Source: the human T2T-CHM13v2.0 reference genome, Homo sapiens | Direction: 5' to 3' (one strand) | Length of the DNA stretch: 64,000 nucleotides | Assembly: GCF_009914755.1 (NCBI RefSeq) | Contig: NC_060928.1 | Shown here: piece by piece, positions 27,701 through 42,575 of the stretch | How positions within the stretch are numbered: position 1 is the stretch's first letter | How the letters are laid out: each line of letters opens with the position of its first letter | Made by a program: the position numbers and the translations under genes | Notes under the pieces: model-generated | What the model saw: only the letters and a program-made list of their open reading frames with translations | What the model was told of the DNA's origin: nothing | Database searches by the model: none

Positions 27701-30599
27701 TAACATACACATCTGTTGTAATGGAGTGGAGGATATTTCTAGGAGGCACTTGTCTTTCAAGACTTGGGGGGGTGGTATTTTCTTTATCCTGTACTAGATA
27801 TTTTACAATGCACTTTAATTATTGGTTCAAATGTAATAATGTTGCTTTCAATTGCTTTGTATTGAAATTGTAAAGCTTTGATACTACATGGTATGTTGCT
27901 GTATTACAGCTAAAGGGCTTAAATATGTTGTCATTGTCAGTAATTGGTTTTAAAATTATTTGAAAATAATCACTGAAAATTTGGGGATTGCCTATACATC
28001 ATTTCCCTGTGGAGAAATATGTGCATACTGAAAAATCATGTTTAAATAAAAATGTCATTCAGAATTAATGATATATGTTATTATTATTAGGTGTGCATTT
28101 TTCATATATACAATGTTAGATGTCATCCTTTTTCTCCTCAAAAATGTTGCACAAAAGAGATATTCTGCAAAATGCAATGTTAGAGTGTAATAAAGACTAT
28201 AAGATTTTGATTTTTAAGAATCAGTAATTTAGACATTCAACTCTCATTAATAATTCATATGAAACCTTGCTCTTGCCTATGAAAAGTAATTATATATAAT
28301 TCCCTATAATATGAATGTATGGAATACAGGTTTATGAATGGTAATTTGTTATCCAAATTTGATTGCAGAATTTTATGATTTTTTACCAAGAATAAAAATG
28401 TCAAAGAGGAAACTCTTTAGGAGCCCAATGCAATAGACAGAACAAATCACTTTTTTTCCAAAATGATATCAAACAAAACTTTTTGAGAAATTCAATTTCT
28501 TTAACATCATCAAAATATATATTACCACTTCTTTGAATTTTCATGTTTCATCCAGGAATAGAGCTAAAATGTCATTTCTCATCTTTCTTTGACATCCTAG
28601 GCAGATACATGCTTGGATGAATTCCACAGGCTTCTTACAAAATGGAAAGTTGATCCAATGGTTCTGAATTTATCTTCCCTTTTACTTTCACATACACAGA
28701 CACATGCACTCAAGACAAGACAGTTTTATAATGACTGGAAATATTTCTTTTAAAAAACTGATTTTATTCCTCTGATAAATTATTGGTTGACTCTATTTAC
28801 AACTTACTTTTTAAGTAAAATATGGGATAGATTACATATATGCATGTATATACATATATATGAATTTTAAGTAACAGGATATATTTTCTGAATAAATCAA
28901 GTAGATTATTTTATATAGTTTAGTCTTACAGTTTTATTAATAATTATAATTTCCTTTCACAAGTTTTCCTGTTAATTCTTCACTATGCATATTAAATTTT
29001 TATGTTTTTGAATTTAATAGTTAAATATATTTTGCTATTTTCCATGATGAGAGTAATAATTATTTGCAATCAATTTTAAATATTATAATTAATATTTTCA
29101 CTGTGCTTTCCATGCCTTGAAAGCCACATTTGCTTGTTTTGTGAAGGTTACTGCACAATTTCATTAAATAAGTTAATACATATTTAGAATATACTTATAA
29201 TGTCTGTCATTGGTATTTAAAAATATTATATACAGTGATTACTCACTGGATGTTCAGACATGACAAAAATCATTGAAATGTAACACACTAAAATATTAAG
29301 AAAATATCTATCTTAAAGTACATTGTTACAGTGATGGCTAACAAAAAGTATTGTAATCTGGGGATTAAATTCATAATTAATGTGTCCAATGAAATCTCAC
29401 TAGAAATACAAAAGAATGACGTGTGTATTTGTTCAATTGTTATTACACTGTTCCTACTCCTGAGAGGTTTTTAATGCATAAGTTAACCATATCTTAATTA
29501 AACTAAGAGAACCCTAGTTAAGATTTAGTTTATCTTGTTAATTGACTGTAAATTTTCTATGTCAGAAATGTGATAGGTTTACAAGGTGTTTTTAGTAAAG
29601 ATCATGCCACCTCATGAAGCCCTCTCTTTGCAAATACATTTATTTACAGGTAGCTATTTTTAAATATAATATATTTCAAGGAACTTGCATTAGGTACATT
29701 TCCGAAATAGAAAAGACCATTGGGATACCCATTTATTATTCAGCAGGTTGGAGGAGGGCAGTGGTTGGGGGAAAAACAATAGGGCCTAGAAAGTTTAAGT
29801 GACATAGAAAGTCACGTGGTTGGTGGCAAAGCAAGTGTTAGCTCATAGCTGTCCTAACATGAGCTCTAGGCGCCTCTCCAGTCTATCACAAGACTTCAGG
29901 GAATGTAAAGTATAAACACACCATACATGTTTTGTTAATTAAATTTACGTTCTTCAAACATGACATTCTCTATGAGTCTCATTTTTGTCAGTTTAAAACT
30001 GAGGAATTGAGACTTCATAATTATCAGACTTAGAATGCATCGGATTTTCCATGCTAAGAACAGTTTAATTTCAGATTTCAGTTTTATTGATATTAAGAAA
30101 AATTATCAATGCAACTTAGAACTTTAAAACCACTATTTTCAGAAAAAGGAAATTATTAACTTATCAAACACATCTAAAAATAATTTGAATTATAATAAAA
30201 AATCAAAGGTAATCAGGAAAATTCTTGGAGAACTGACAAGTGACACAGTAATAACTACAATGAAATAAGAAAACATAGCTTTTAGAATTATAAAGGAAAT
30301 TTATGAACAAACAATATTTAAGTGGTTGATACGAAAAAGGAAAACAAACCTTTGAAATAGAAAGAAAATTTTCAAACTTGTGCAAGTAAATTATAGGACA
30401 AATTGACAAAGAGTTATTTATAGGTACATCTCAACTTACTACGTTAATTGGCCAAAGGAAGTAAACACACAAACACACGTTTATGCACACACATATAAAC
30501 ACACTCACACACAGGCACTTTGTCTAGATTGTTCTTTCTATAAAAACAAGAACTGAAACGAACTATTTTTATATTTTTAAAGAGCATTTTTGTACTTTG

Positions 30600-30900
30600 A
30601 TTTAATTGGGAAGATTATTAAACATCTCAAAGTTTGATAACAAAATTAGAATTTAAAAAAAGCTTGTGTAAAACAAAAAAGCATAAACATATCTGTGTGA
30701 ACATTTTAGGAGCCAGAGTCAGGAGAAATGTGGGGATTGACTATGGAATAGTAGGGAAATTTTATGGGACAATGAAAATGTTCTATATCTTAATTGAGAT
30801 CATGATTAAATTTACACCTTATTAAAAAATAGAAATGTACACTAAAAAGGATGGATTTTATTACATATAAATTATTCATTAATTAACCTAGATTAAGAAA
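30600..30900 (+). mobile_element. Ancient L1M (L1MC/ME-like) 3' end
   Basis: 'aatgaaaatgttctatatcttaattg...gaaatgtacactaaaaaggatggattttattacatataaattat'. Confidence 0.6.
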
Positions 30901-31018
30901 AACTGAAAATTTTGGTCTTATATATATTTACACAATTATTACATTTTTAATGGTACTTTATAAAATGAAATTATGGAGTTTTCTAATTTCTGAAGTTACT
31001 ATAGAAATCATGCAAATA

Positions 31019-31139
31019 CATGTATAGTATACATGTGTAACTAACCTGCACATTGTGCACATGTACCCTAAAACTTAAAGTATAATAATAATAAAATTAA
31101 AAATAAAATAAAAAATAAAAAATAAAAAACAAACAAAAA
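31019..31139 (+). mobile_element. Extremely 5'-truncated young L1 (L1PA2/3-like): about 70 bp plus tail
   Basis: 'gtaactaacctgcacattgtgcacatgtaccctaaaacttaaagtataataat' plus A-rich tail; 16-bp TSD agaaatcatg(c/t)aaata at 31003-31018 and 31140-31155. Confidence 0.93.
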
Positions 31140-34029
31140 AGAAATCATGTAAATAAAATTTCTAAAGTACTTTTAATTGATTAATGAGATGTCCAAAGTG
31201 AACAAATATTCACATTTATTTTTGAAGAAATTTTCTGTCTTTTTTGAACTCAGTTGCAAGATTATTTTAATTGACATTATTTTTCCTTTAGCTTTTTACC
31301 CTTTCTAGGAATTACTATCACTTACCTCCCTCCCTGTCTCTCTCTCTCGCTCTCACTGATGCTCTCTGTCTCTCAATGGTCTGTTTTTAGAACGCAAATT
31401 CTCATCTGTAGATTCTCTTCTTATTTGTTGCGTTTTGACTTCTGATATGACTTTTTCATGTTTGACATTTGTAATCTTCACTTAGAACAGTAAATAATCT
31501 ACCCTCTGTGAAAATTCTCTTCTTTTTCAGAACTGTTAGAACATTTCTTTAGACATTAATTTTTATCTTCCAAATAATAAACATTAGTGTTTATATGCCA
31601 AATCATGAGAGAGAAAAAATTGTTTAGCGAGTTGCGTGAGAGGACAAAATACAGATAATATGCACATTATATTTTTAACTGTTTCAGGTACAGGTATGAC
31701 TTCTACCAATATCTTGATTAAATTCCACCTCAGATGAGGTAAGTTTGAAGAGTATGACATGCAAATAATGAAGAAATCATGGAAAAAACAAATATAAATA
31801 ATTCTCAATAATAAATTGCCATTAATGTTTTTGTTCAAACAATAACAAAAAGCAAACATGATATTTTCAAAATTGAAATGAAGTAAATGATGTGGGGGCT
31901 CTATGATTAGTTTGCTGGTGTGAAATCTCTTTCAAATGTGTAATATCAGTAAGAACTAGAAAAAAATATGACAACATTCCCTAATTTCTATATGTAGAAA
32001 ATGAATAAATGATAATGTTTTTAAAGCTATAAAAAGAAAATGCAAGGAATCATGCAGTTAAAACTTACCTTCAAGTTCCTTTCAATGTATGTGAATAGGA
32101 TTTTTCTCAAGCTCTTATTATTATCCCTATTATTTCATAAATTGGTAGAGTGGCAAATTATTGAAAGGGTCTGCATATTAAGAGAGAACACATTAAATCA
32201 TTTGTTACCTCTCTTAAATGCATGTACATAACACCAATTTGCTACTTCAGTTAGTGATTAGAGTGAACAGCCAGACTTCACAGAAAACTCTTGATAGACA
32301 GAATTTTTTTTAACCAATGAACAGCCTTGCTATTGATAGAACATCATAGCATCTTCTTGTCGCAATTATCTTTTGGACAAAGTATTTACCTGAGACAAAA
32401 ATGGCATCTCAGATGCTAACAAAAACATATTTGTTTATATGCATAATGTAAATGTGACTATTTTAAATATAGTCTCAAATCCAGATTTCACATTCAGAAA
32501 AGGCAAGTATGGGACTCATCAGGTCACAAAGTTTACAAAGTAAGGAACAAAAAATCACAGAAATGCGCTAATTGATTTTATTGTATTCTGTATTTATTTT
32601 GCATTTATACTGATCTTATTTTACTTCATGTATATTCATTTTTCTCCCTGAAAAAGAGGGTGATAAAGTATAAAACTTTTAAGTATAGTAGATCTTTCAA
32701 ATTAGCTGTTTTCTACCTTATTAGTAAATCATAAAAATGTATGAATTTAAAAATCAGCAAATAATGATTTTCTGTTTTTACAGGGAAAATATCTTATGTC
32801 TTTTATGCTTGCAAGTAGCAGAGTTTCTGGGATTCAGTAGGGCTTAATAAATTTTTGTTGATTCATAATTAGCTCAAGGGAAAACAAAACAAGGAAAAAT
32901 GTTTAATCAATTCTAATGAATAATTAGGTTTACTCTTCCAGTAGGATAAATTCCTTGAAGTTAAAAAATGGCATCTTTGTTGTGTATTTTGTAGCATCTC
33001 CTCCAAGGCTTAAGGTAAAACAGATTGTAAAAAAAGATTTTAGGAATAATGGGTCAATAAATTATTTAGAAAAATAAATGTTAATGCAGGGTATAATTGC
33101 AACCAGAAAATACTATAGGGAGATATATGGAACCTCTACTCCTGTAAAGTTTAAACACAATCTATCTTAAGTAATGTATCTGATGGAAGCAGTCACATGT
33201 ATATTTTAAATCTACATTTCTATTATGAATATTCATTGAAAAAATACAGTCAACCAATATTCCCATCAACAAAAAGGGCTGCCCTTCACATGAATAACCA
33301 GATAAAATTACCCTTTCTGAAGAAAAGGTAAGGGCTTTCAGGAGAAAGGAAGTTCTATGAAAGTAAACTATTATTACCTTCTATAGATGTGACACTGTCC
33401 AACAAACTTTAAGAACAAGAAATAAATATACACTTCTAAAGGTGTAACAGCACCTTTATCTGGGATAAAGGCTTGGTTGTGTGCACAGATGGGTACAGAT
33501 ATCTAGGACAGACTGCCCAGGAGTGACAGAGCCAAGAAGAAATAGCTTCTCCATTTTACAACAAAGTTGGCAGACAAACTGAGTAATTATCCAGTGAATG
33601 TAACATCACAGTGGAAATTGGCTGTTTTTCTTTGTTTTGTTTATTGATGTGTTCTTTGCCTAGACATCGTTAAAAATGGAAGTCAGAAATAGTAAAATAA
33701 ATATGATGACTACTCAAGGATATAGATTTAGGAAAGAAAACAAATATCATCCTGTTTTGTCAACATGATTCTCTTTTAGTCTTGTTCTTTTGGGTCTTAT
33801 TATATCCTTCTTCATTTAGTAACATAGTTTATCGGAAGCTAGGGTAGACTATTTAATTTTACGTAAAAATAAAATCTCTCTTACTATACACCTGCCTATG
33901 GTTTTAAATATTTTTATCTTTGACAAATTGGAAAAACTGAATAGTAATAAGGAAACAAAATTTTAAAAAGATACAGACCACACTTTTTAATAGAAATTTC
34001 CTTTTCTCTTGAATAGAATAGTCTGAATA

Positions 34030-34331
<302 letters not shown>

Positions 34332-35946
34332 AGAATTGTCTGAACAATTTGCAAAGAAAACGTAAGAAAAAATGTCAGCTATAGTAAAAACTTAATTAAT
34401 CAACACAATGTAGCAACTCACTTATGCTCACTTTCCAAAAAGCACTGGTGGGTGTCCCCCAAAATGACCTTTAGCCATTTATCTCTTATCTGATTTCTTG
34501 ATTTTTACTTTTTCTTACTCAACTTCATAAAATTTTCCAGTTATTTTGTGTCTTGTAATCATAATGCAAACATTTGGAAACCTTAGCTAGCATAGACATC
34601 CACCAATTTAATAACAGTAACTGAGCAATATTCACTTGATTTTTCAATAAAACATATTTTTAATTACAAACATATTAATCATACCCTACTCTGGTAAAGG
34701 ACCAAACCAGATAAAATTATCATAATACAACCTGATATCCTATTTAATAACAAAACTATTAAAATCATTTAGGTTTAGATACTGTATAAGCTACTATAGT
34801 TTTTAGAAGTTTATTTAAGCAATTTCTGACATGAGATACAGTAGAGAGCTAGCCTCTTGATATGCTAAGTGTCAAACTTGATTTAAATTTTCTAGAAGTG
34901 CTACATTCTTTGATCATGTGAAGATCCTTAATACAAAGCAATTTAACAAAATTGCAATTGAAATAAAAAATATCGTATCGTTTGTGAAATTTTGCATATA
35001 TTTTTATATCATACATATAGTGAAATTCCCAGCACATGCTTGTTTAATAATACTATTTTTTTATTTATTCAGATACTTTTTAAAATTAAATTAATCCTTG
35101 TATTACTCACTTTTATTTATACGTATGTGTATAAATAGGTTCAAGTAACAATTTATTCAAATATAAAATATAAAGGTAGGCACAACAAGAATTTAAAGAC
35201 CTAAATCATATTAAAGATAGTGAAAAATTAAAAATCTAGCCTCAGATTCTATATAGACTTGTTTTCTGGCTATTATTAACTTCTAACTTTACTTGATCCC
35301 ATGTCCTATGTGGGTTTAAGCTCCTTGTGTACTAGATTTTGCCTTGTACAAAAAAGAATTAATAATCCATAGCATATTAATAATTATAAATGAATAAAGA
35401 TATATAAAATATGGATATAATATATACTTGGATACATATGTAAAGTATATATAATTTGTACATAAGTAGTTGTATATGTATTGTTATACGGATAGCAAAT
35501 AAATGGACACTGCTTAGTATGTTAGGCTGCCATCAAGCCTATTACACTGAAACTCCTAATGAACCTGATAATATCATGAGAAAAAAAAATAGAAAAACAT
35601 ATTTATAACACAGTAAGATATTCTTTAAATGGTACTGATTCAGCTATTCATCGAAACTAAAATGAAATTAAAGTTTCAGGGAAGCTGGGGAATTTAGGCA
35701 TCTATGTCTGTTAGACTCCCTGAAAGGACTGTCAAATCTACTGAATTTTAGTCCCATTTTCTGAAGATTAAAAACAGAAAATAGTAAGAGCTAGAATGAC
35801 CTTTTCATGTCTTGAATCTTGAATAATTTCTTTTCACTGCTCACTGTGATTTAATAATAAACCAAGCTGAAAGCAACTCTGAATAGTTATATTTGTCAGT
35901 CTTTGAAACTATACGGAGCTGAGTGGTGGGAGCAGATGGGCCTGAA

Positions 35947-36059
35947 TAGTGGCTAAGTGTTATTTTTTCCCACCTACAAATTCACAAATCAAAATATTTT
36001 CCCCGAGTGTGATGCCATGAAGTTGGAGCCCTCATAAGTAGGATTAGCACCCTTAAAAA
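35947..36059 (+). mobile_element. MLT1A-like LTR, 5' part (split by an L1)
   Basis: 'ccatgaagttggagccctcataagtaggattagcacccttaaaaag' parallels the LTR at 12141. Confidence 0.65.
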
Positions 36060-37707
36060 GACATTCCATGCTCATGGATAGGAAGAATCAATATCATGAA
36101 AAAGGCCATACTGCCCAAGGTAATTTATCGATTTAATGCCATCCCCATCAAGCTACCAATGATTTTCTTCACAGAATTGGAATAAACGACTTTAAAGTTC
36201 ATATGGAACCAAAAAAGAGCCCACATTGCCAAGACAACCCTAAGCCAAAAGAACAAACCTGGAGGCATCATGCTACCTGACTTGAAACTACACTGCAAGG
36301 TTACAGTAACCAAAACAGCATGGTACTGGTACCAAAACAGAGATATAAACCAATGGAACAGAACAGAGCCCTCGGAAATAATACCATACGTCTACAACCA
36401 TCTGATCTTTGACAAACCTGACAAAAACAAGAAATGGGGAAAGGATTCCCTATTTAATAAATGGTGCTGGGAAAACTGGCTAGCCATATGTAGAAAGCTG
36501 AAACTGGATCCCTTCCTTACACCTTATACAAAAATTAATTCAAGATGAATTAAAGACTTAAATGTTAGACATAAAATCATAAAAACCCTAGAAGAAAACC
36601 TAGGCAATTTCATTCAGGACATAGGCATTGGCAAGGACTTCATATCTAAAACATCAAAAGCAATGGCAACAAAAGCCAAAATTGACAAATGGGATCTAAT
36701 TAAACTAAAGAACTTCCGCACAGCAAAAGAAACTACCATCAGAGTGAAAAGGCAACCTACAGAATGGGAGAAAATTTTTGCAATCTACTCATCTGACAAA
36801 GGGCTAATATCCAGAATCCACAAAGAACTCAAACAAATTTACAAGAAAAAAACAAACAACCCCATCCACAAGTGGGCGAAGGATATGAACAGACACTTCT
36901 TAAAAGAAGATATTTATGCAAGCAACAGACACATGAAAAAATGCTCATCATCACTGGCCATCAGAGAAATGCAAATCAAAACCACAATGAGATACCATCT
37001 CACACCAGTTAGAATGGCAATCATGAAAAAGTCAGAAAACAACAGGTGCTGGAGAGGATGTGGAGAAATAGAAACACTTTTACACTGTTGGTGGGACTGT
37101 AAACTAGTTCAATCATTGTGGAAGACAGTGTGGCGATTCCTCAAGGATCTAGAACTAGAAATACCATTTGACCCAGCCATCCCATTACTGGGTATATACC
37201 CAAAGGAATATAAATCATGCTGCTATAAAGACACATGCACATGTATGTTTATTGCAGCACTATTCACAATAGCAAAGACTTGGAACCAACCCAAATGTCC
37301 AACAATGATAGACTGGATTAAGCAAATGTGGCACATATACACCATGGAATACTATGCAGCCATAAAAAAGGATGAGTTCATGTCCTTTGTAGGGACATGG
37401 ATGAAGCTGGAAACCATCATTGTTAGCAAACTGTCTCAGGGAAAAAAAACCAAACACCGCATGTTCTCATTCATAGGTGGGAATTGAACAATGAGAACAC
37501 TTGAACATAGGAAGAGGAACATCACACACCAGGGCCTGTTGTGGGGTAGGGGGATGGGGGAGGGATAGCATTAGGAGATATATCTAATGCAAATGACAAG
37601 TTAATGGGTGCAGCACACCAACATGGCACATGTATACATATGTAACAAACCTGCACGTTGTGAACATGTACCCTGGAACTTAAAGTGTAATAAAATTATA
37701 AAAAAAA
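36060..37707 (+). mobile_element. 5'-truncated L1PA4/5-like element (about 1.65 kb)
   Basis: ORFs 36270..36548 and 36663..37487 are ORF2 C-terminal fragments; 3' UTR and A-tail follow; only a short candidate TSD (aaaaag). Confidence 0.96.
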
Positions 37708-37909
37708 GGAGACCACAGGAGTTTTCTCATTATCTTTCTGCCAGGAGAGGATACAGTAGGAAGTCAGGAATCTACAAGCGGGAAGAGGGCACTCAAAAGA
37801 ACTAACCTGTTTTATCTCTGACTTTCAGCCTCTGAAACTGTGAGAAATACATTTCTGTTTATAAGCCACTTAGTCTTTAATACCTTGTATAGGAGTCCAA
37901 ACTAAGACA
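37708..37909 (+). mobile_element. MLT1A-like LTR, 3' part
   Basis: 'tctgactttcagcctctgaaactgtgagaaatacatttctgtttataagccac...actaagaca'. Confidence 0.8.
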
Positions 37910-39670
37910 CCAACCTGGTAGAAGTGTGGTTGTTTTTTCTCTGAAATTTACAAACTTATCTCATAAAGATGCTTTATATTTGTAACCAGCAAAAATATAT
38001 TCTTGGAATAAAATACGTATATCAATTATAATTGGACATTTCATTGTATTATCTCATACAAATGAAATTAAATAAACAGTTTGTGTTAATTTTTGAATTC
38101 AGGTTAAATGCCTCAAAGAGGTATTTCTAACAGAATCCAGTAAAGAAAAAACTCTCTTTGTGAGGATCAATTATTTGGGGAGCTATTTTTTCTCTGGAGA
38201 ACTTACAGAAACCTGTATTAACAGACTGCCAGTTTCCTTTCATAAAATGCTATGCTAAATAATCCAACTTCTTTGAGATGTCATCTTAGTGGCTTTTCAT
38301 AGTATCTCATGTCATTAGGTAATTGTTCTCTCAAATTGGTGAGCACTCTGTGCCACTAATATAATGGTGACTTGCATTCTTGAATTACAATATATTCAAA
38401 AATTCATTATACTTATTCTAATATTTTTGATATTAAATTGGTCTGCTTAAAATAAACCTAATTTTCTATATTTCTTAAGCTGAAATAACAAGTACCCATT
38501 CCTTCTTTATGGAAAGTTGCTCCTTCCATTTTATGGAAAATAACTCATTAATAATCACTTGATTTTCTTTAGTTAGCCACAAGTAAGATAAACATGAACA
38601 CAATCAGAAAATTATACATATAAGATACACCCAGACACACACACACGTATGTATTCATGTGTAGTTAAATACACACCACACACACATATATATAGCATGG
38701 AAATAGAATGTAAAGATTATGCCTTTCCATACAGTTTAAATGAAATTTGTGCTTTTGTAAAAATTTTCACTGTTACAGATTTTTCTTCATCTCTTCTTAA
38801 ATTAAACATGTTACTAACTAAACATATTACAGAGACATAACGAAACCACTGTTTTAGAAACCAAACTTTTTCTAAACCACTTACACCCATTAACTGTTTA
38901 AATAAATGACAATTTTGTTAGCCAAAAGAGAAAAAAACCTCCTCTTTGGCACTTCCTTGTTCCTTAACTCATCCCATCTTTTTTCAGACTGCCAATTCTA
39001 CCTGATTCATATCCAAACGCTTGTAATTTCCTGCCTTCAGTAGCCTGCTAATCTATTTTCTCACGTGTCCCTGTGCTCCTGCCACAATATGTTGCACATT
39101 TCATCCAGAGTAATAATTTTAAAATTTAAACTTAACAATGTTATGTTGTACCTCCTTTACCTGAAACTCTTTTGTCTTGTCATGTTGCTTTAAGTTAAAG
39201 TCCAAAAAGCAAAAATCAGTCATAACACTCTGAATAATAAAAAGTCTAAGTTGTGATGCTCACTCGTCATAGCTCTGCTACAGTTTCCTGTAATGTACAC
39301 ACATACACACACACACACACACAAAGACACACTACAGAGCTAAGGCCTCTTTGACATTTAAACCCCTTCTCAGTAGAGAAGAAATCTCTTCTCAAAGTTA
39401 GCAAAGATTTCCTGATTCACACAAACCCTAATATTTCACTCCAAATCTGTCCAGAAACTGCTACTTTTCCCTCTCATGATTACACACAGCTTTTAGCTTT
39501 AATCATGTCTAAATATATTTAATGTCATCCCCTCCAGAGAAATATATTTAGCTGAATAAATATTTATGTTTATGTTGTGCATGTGTGTACAAAGTATTTA
39601 AGAAAAGATAAAAATTTATAAATAGAAACAAAAGACCAGTTCACTCTTTATTATAAACATAACACTATAT

Positions 39671-40409
39671 TGAAATGACCTTTGAAAAAATTATGATAGT
39701 GAAAAAACTCTGACATAGAAAAATTATGACAGTGAAAGGAATCTGATCTAACTGACTCATCTTGCTTCTAATGAACAAGGTGGCACTGTTCGTTCCTGAG
39801 TGTAGGCCAAGCTAACTATTGGAGGAATTTAGTTTACAGTTTAACTTTAAAACAAAGATGATAGCAACCCTTTCTAAAACTAACCCCCTGCGTGCTCAGG
39901 AACTGTGTATAAAATGAAAAAATTAGCCACAATTTAGAATTATAGAATTACAGTTTAGGAGTCACAAGATTTGTAACCTCCCAGTTGCTCCTATAGATAA
40001 CATAGATAACATCTCTATTATAAAACTAAAGACTGATATTTGAGATATCTTCCAGCCCCTGCATTCTGATGAACCTGGACCGGTAATCCATACCAATACA
40101 CTGGCTCATCTTGTCTTGTAACCCCGACCCAGGAATGAACTCAGGGCAAGAAGACAGTTTCAATGCACTGAGATTTCATCCTCGACCCAGCTAATGAACA
40201 TTCCACATTTTCTAACCCCTTCCCCGCTAAACTTTCCTTAAAAAGCCCTAGACTCCAAGCTTTCAGGTAGACTGATTTGAATAATAAATTCCCATCTTTT
40301 CTCTTGGCTAGCACTGTATTGATCACATTCTTTGTCTACTGCAATATCATGTCTCAGTGAATCAGTTCTATCTGTGCCATGGGCGTGAATAACCCATCAG
40401 GCCATGACA
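39671..40409 (+). mobile_element. LTR8-family (LTR8A/B-like) ERV1 solo LTR
   Basis: 'tgaaatgacctttgaaaaaattatg...gacagtgaaagga...actcatcttgcttctaa...gtaggccaagctaact'; AATAAA near 40283; TG...CA termini; 4-bp TSD atat. Confidence 0.88.
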
Positions 40410-40430
40410 ATATTTACCGCTAGTAGTAAT

Positions 40431-40610
40431 TATTTTTATAAATTCTATTCTATATATTAAGGGGTACAGCATGATATTTTGAGGTACATATAATTAGTGA
40501 AACGATTAATATACTCAAACAAATTAACATATCTATGATCTCACAGTTACCCAGTGTTTGTACATGTGGCAAAACAAATTTAAAATTCACTCTTTTATCA
40601 ACTTTTAGCA
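40431..40610 (-). mobile_element. L1MA (L1MA8-10-like) 3' end fragment
   Basis: 'tatatattaaggggtacagcatgatatttt...aaacaaattaacatatcta...tcacagttac'. Confidence 0.7.
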
Positions 40611-40644
40611 AGTAATTACTAGTAATTTTAAACTATTTATAATA

Positions 40645-41615
40645 ATACCTCACAACATATATAAAAAGTAACTAAAATGAATTATAGACCTAATTGTAAA
40701 GTCTAGCACTCTAAAACTTCTAGAAAAAAATGTAAGAGAAGATTTTTATCATATTAGGCTAAACAAAGATTTCTTAAATAAAAGAATAAAATCAACACAT
40801 CTTTTTAAAGTAATAAATTTGACTTAAACTTGTAAAACATCTATCCTCCAAAAGAAGCTGTTAAAGGAGTGAAAAGGAAAGCCACAATCTAGGAGAAGAT
40901 ATTTGCAAATCTCATCCTTTAGAATGACTACAATTAAAATTTCCAACCACAACAAGTGTTTGTGAGAATTTGGAGGAACTGGAACTCTCATAAGCTGCAG
41001 GTGGAAATGTGAAATAATACAATCACTGTGGAAGGCATTTTATCAGCTTCTTTAAAGGCAAGATGTATACATGTAGTCCAGTCAGCCCACTCCCAGGTAT
41101 TTAGTCAAGTGAAATGCTGTCTTGTGTTCACATAAAACCTGTACTCAAATGTTTATAAAGACTTTATTTATAGTCAGCTAAACTGGAAATTGGAAAGAAT
41201 GCAAATGGTTTTAATGAGGAAATAGATAAACTGTAGTAGATTCAAACAATGGAACACTATTAGGCAATATAGAGGACCAAATTAGTAATACAAATAACAA
41301 CATGGATAACCTTGAATGCACTATGCTAAGAGAAGAAACCAAGCACAAAAGGCGACATACTCTATGATCTCACTGACATTGCATTTGGGAATAGAAAAAA
41401 TCATAGGGACAGAAAACAGATCTATTGCTTTCAGGTGCTGAGGTAGGGAAACTGTTTGATTAAAAAGTACAGGGGAAGTTTTGGGGACTCTTCTATGTAT
41501 TGATTGTACGGGCCACTGCTCTCTTGTTTTGCAGAATGCTCAGAATTATACAACAAAAATGGTAAAGTGTTCCATGTTTAAATTATACCTAATAAAAATG
41601 GAAAATTATTAAAAG
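40645..41615 (+). mobile_element. Old L1M (L1MC/MD-like) 3' region
   Basis: Degenerate ORF2 tail 'aaaacttctagaaaaaaa...gagaagatatttgcaaat...gaactggaactctcata' and 3' UTR ending 'aattatacctaataaaa'. Confidence 0.8.
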
Positions 41616-41739
41616 GCAGAGAAAAAAAGGAATAATATTTGGTACTTGGAAATATTAAATCACACAGAAAATATAATATTTCTGTTATTTAAGTTATATT
41701 TGAGTGATTTTTAAAAAGAAATAAAAAAGCAATAGGAAG

Positions 41740-42575
41740 TGTGATATTGTGATTTATTTGGTCTTTGTCCTAGTTTCCTAGCACACAGCTCCTAAAAAGA
41801 TCTCCCAAATGATGAGTTCCTTCGTATGCTAATGAAACAATTGTTAGCAGGGTGAGGGGTGTGGGGGCGGGGGTAGTGGGGGCGGTCCCTGGATAGCCTG
41901 GCAGGGTGGATTTTTGCCAGGGGAAGCAAACAGGAGATTTGAGGGTTGAAATTTTCATTCTTACCCACTGATCACATGGGAGAGGTGAGGGTTTGAAGAT
42001 GAGCCAATCAATCACGCCTATGTAATGAAGCCTCTATATATACCTAAAAAGACAGAGTTCAGAGAGCTTCTAGATTATTGGCATTGCCTGTAGGATAATG
42101 CACTAGGAGAGGGCAAGAAAATTCTTTCCTCTTCACACACACCTTGCTCTATGAATCTCTTCCATCTGGCTGTTTATCTGTATCTTTGGAATAAATGGGT
42201 AAACTTAAGTAAAGTGTTTCCATGAGTTCTGTGAGCTGCTGTAGCAAATTAATCAATTCTGCAGAGGGAGAGTCCTTCAAATTCCCAATATGTAGCCAGT
42301 GAATCAGAAGTGTATGTGACAATCTACTGCTTACAATCGGTGTCTGGAATTGGTGGGCATGCTCATGTGACTGAGCCCTCAACTCCTGGGATCTGATCCT
42401 ATCTTCAGATAGGTAGTGTCAGGATTAAGTTGAATTATAGGACAGTCAGGTGATATGTGCTAGAGGATTGGTTTCTTGGTGTGTAGAGAAACACCCCCAT
42501 ACATCTGATCAGAAGTGCTCTGTATTTTATTGAGTGTGGAAGTAGAAAAAACAGCTTATTTTTTCTCTCTTTCAA
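41740..42575 (+). mobile_element. MER21-family solo LTR
   Basis: 'tgtgatattgtga...ttggtctttgtcc...gcacacagctcctaaaa...tatgctaatga...caatcacgcctatgtaatgaagcct'; flanked by 'aggaag' on both sides. Confidence 0.85.

Noticed and set aside
27356-27760. 134-aa Ser/Leu-rich ORF
   Set aside because: Lies in or next to degenerate L2 sequence; composition reflects the pyrimidine-rich strand; no recognisable domain.
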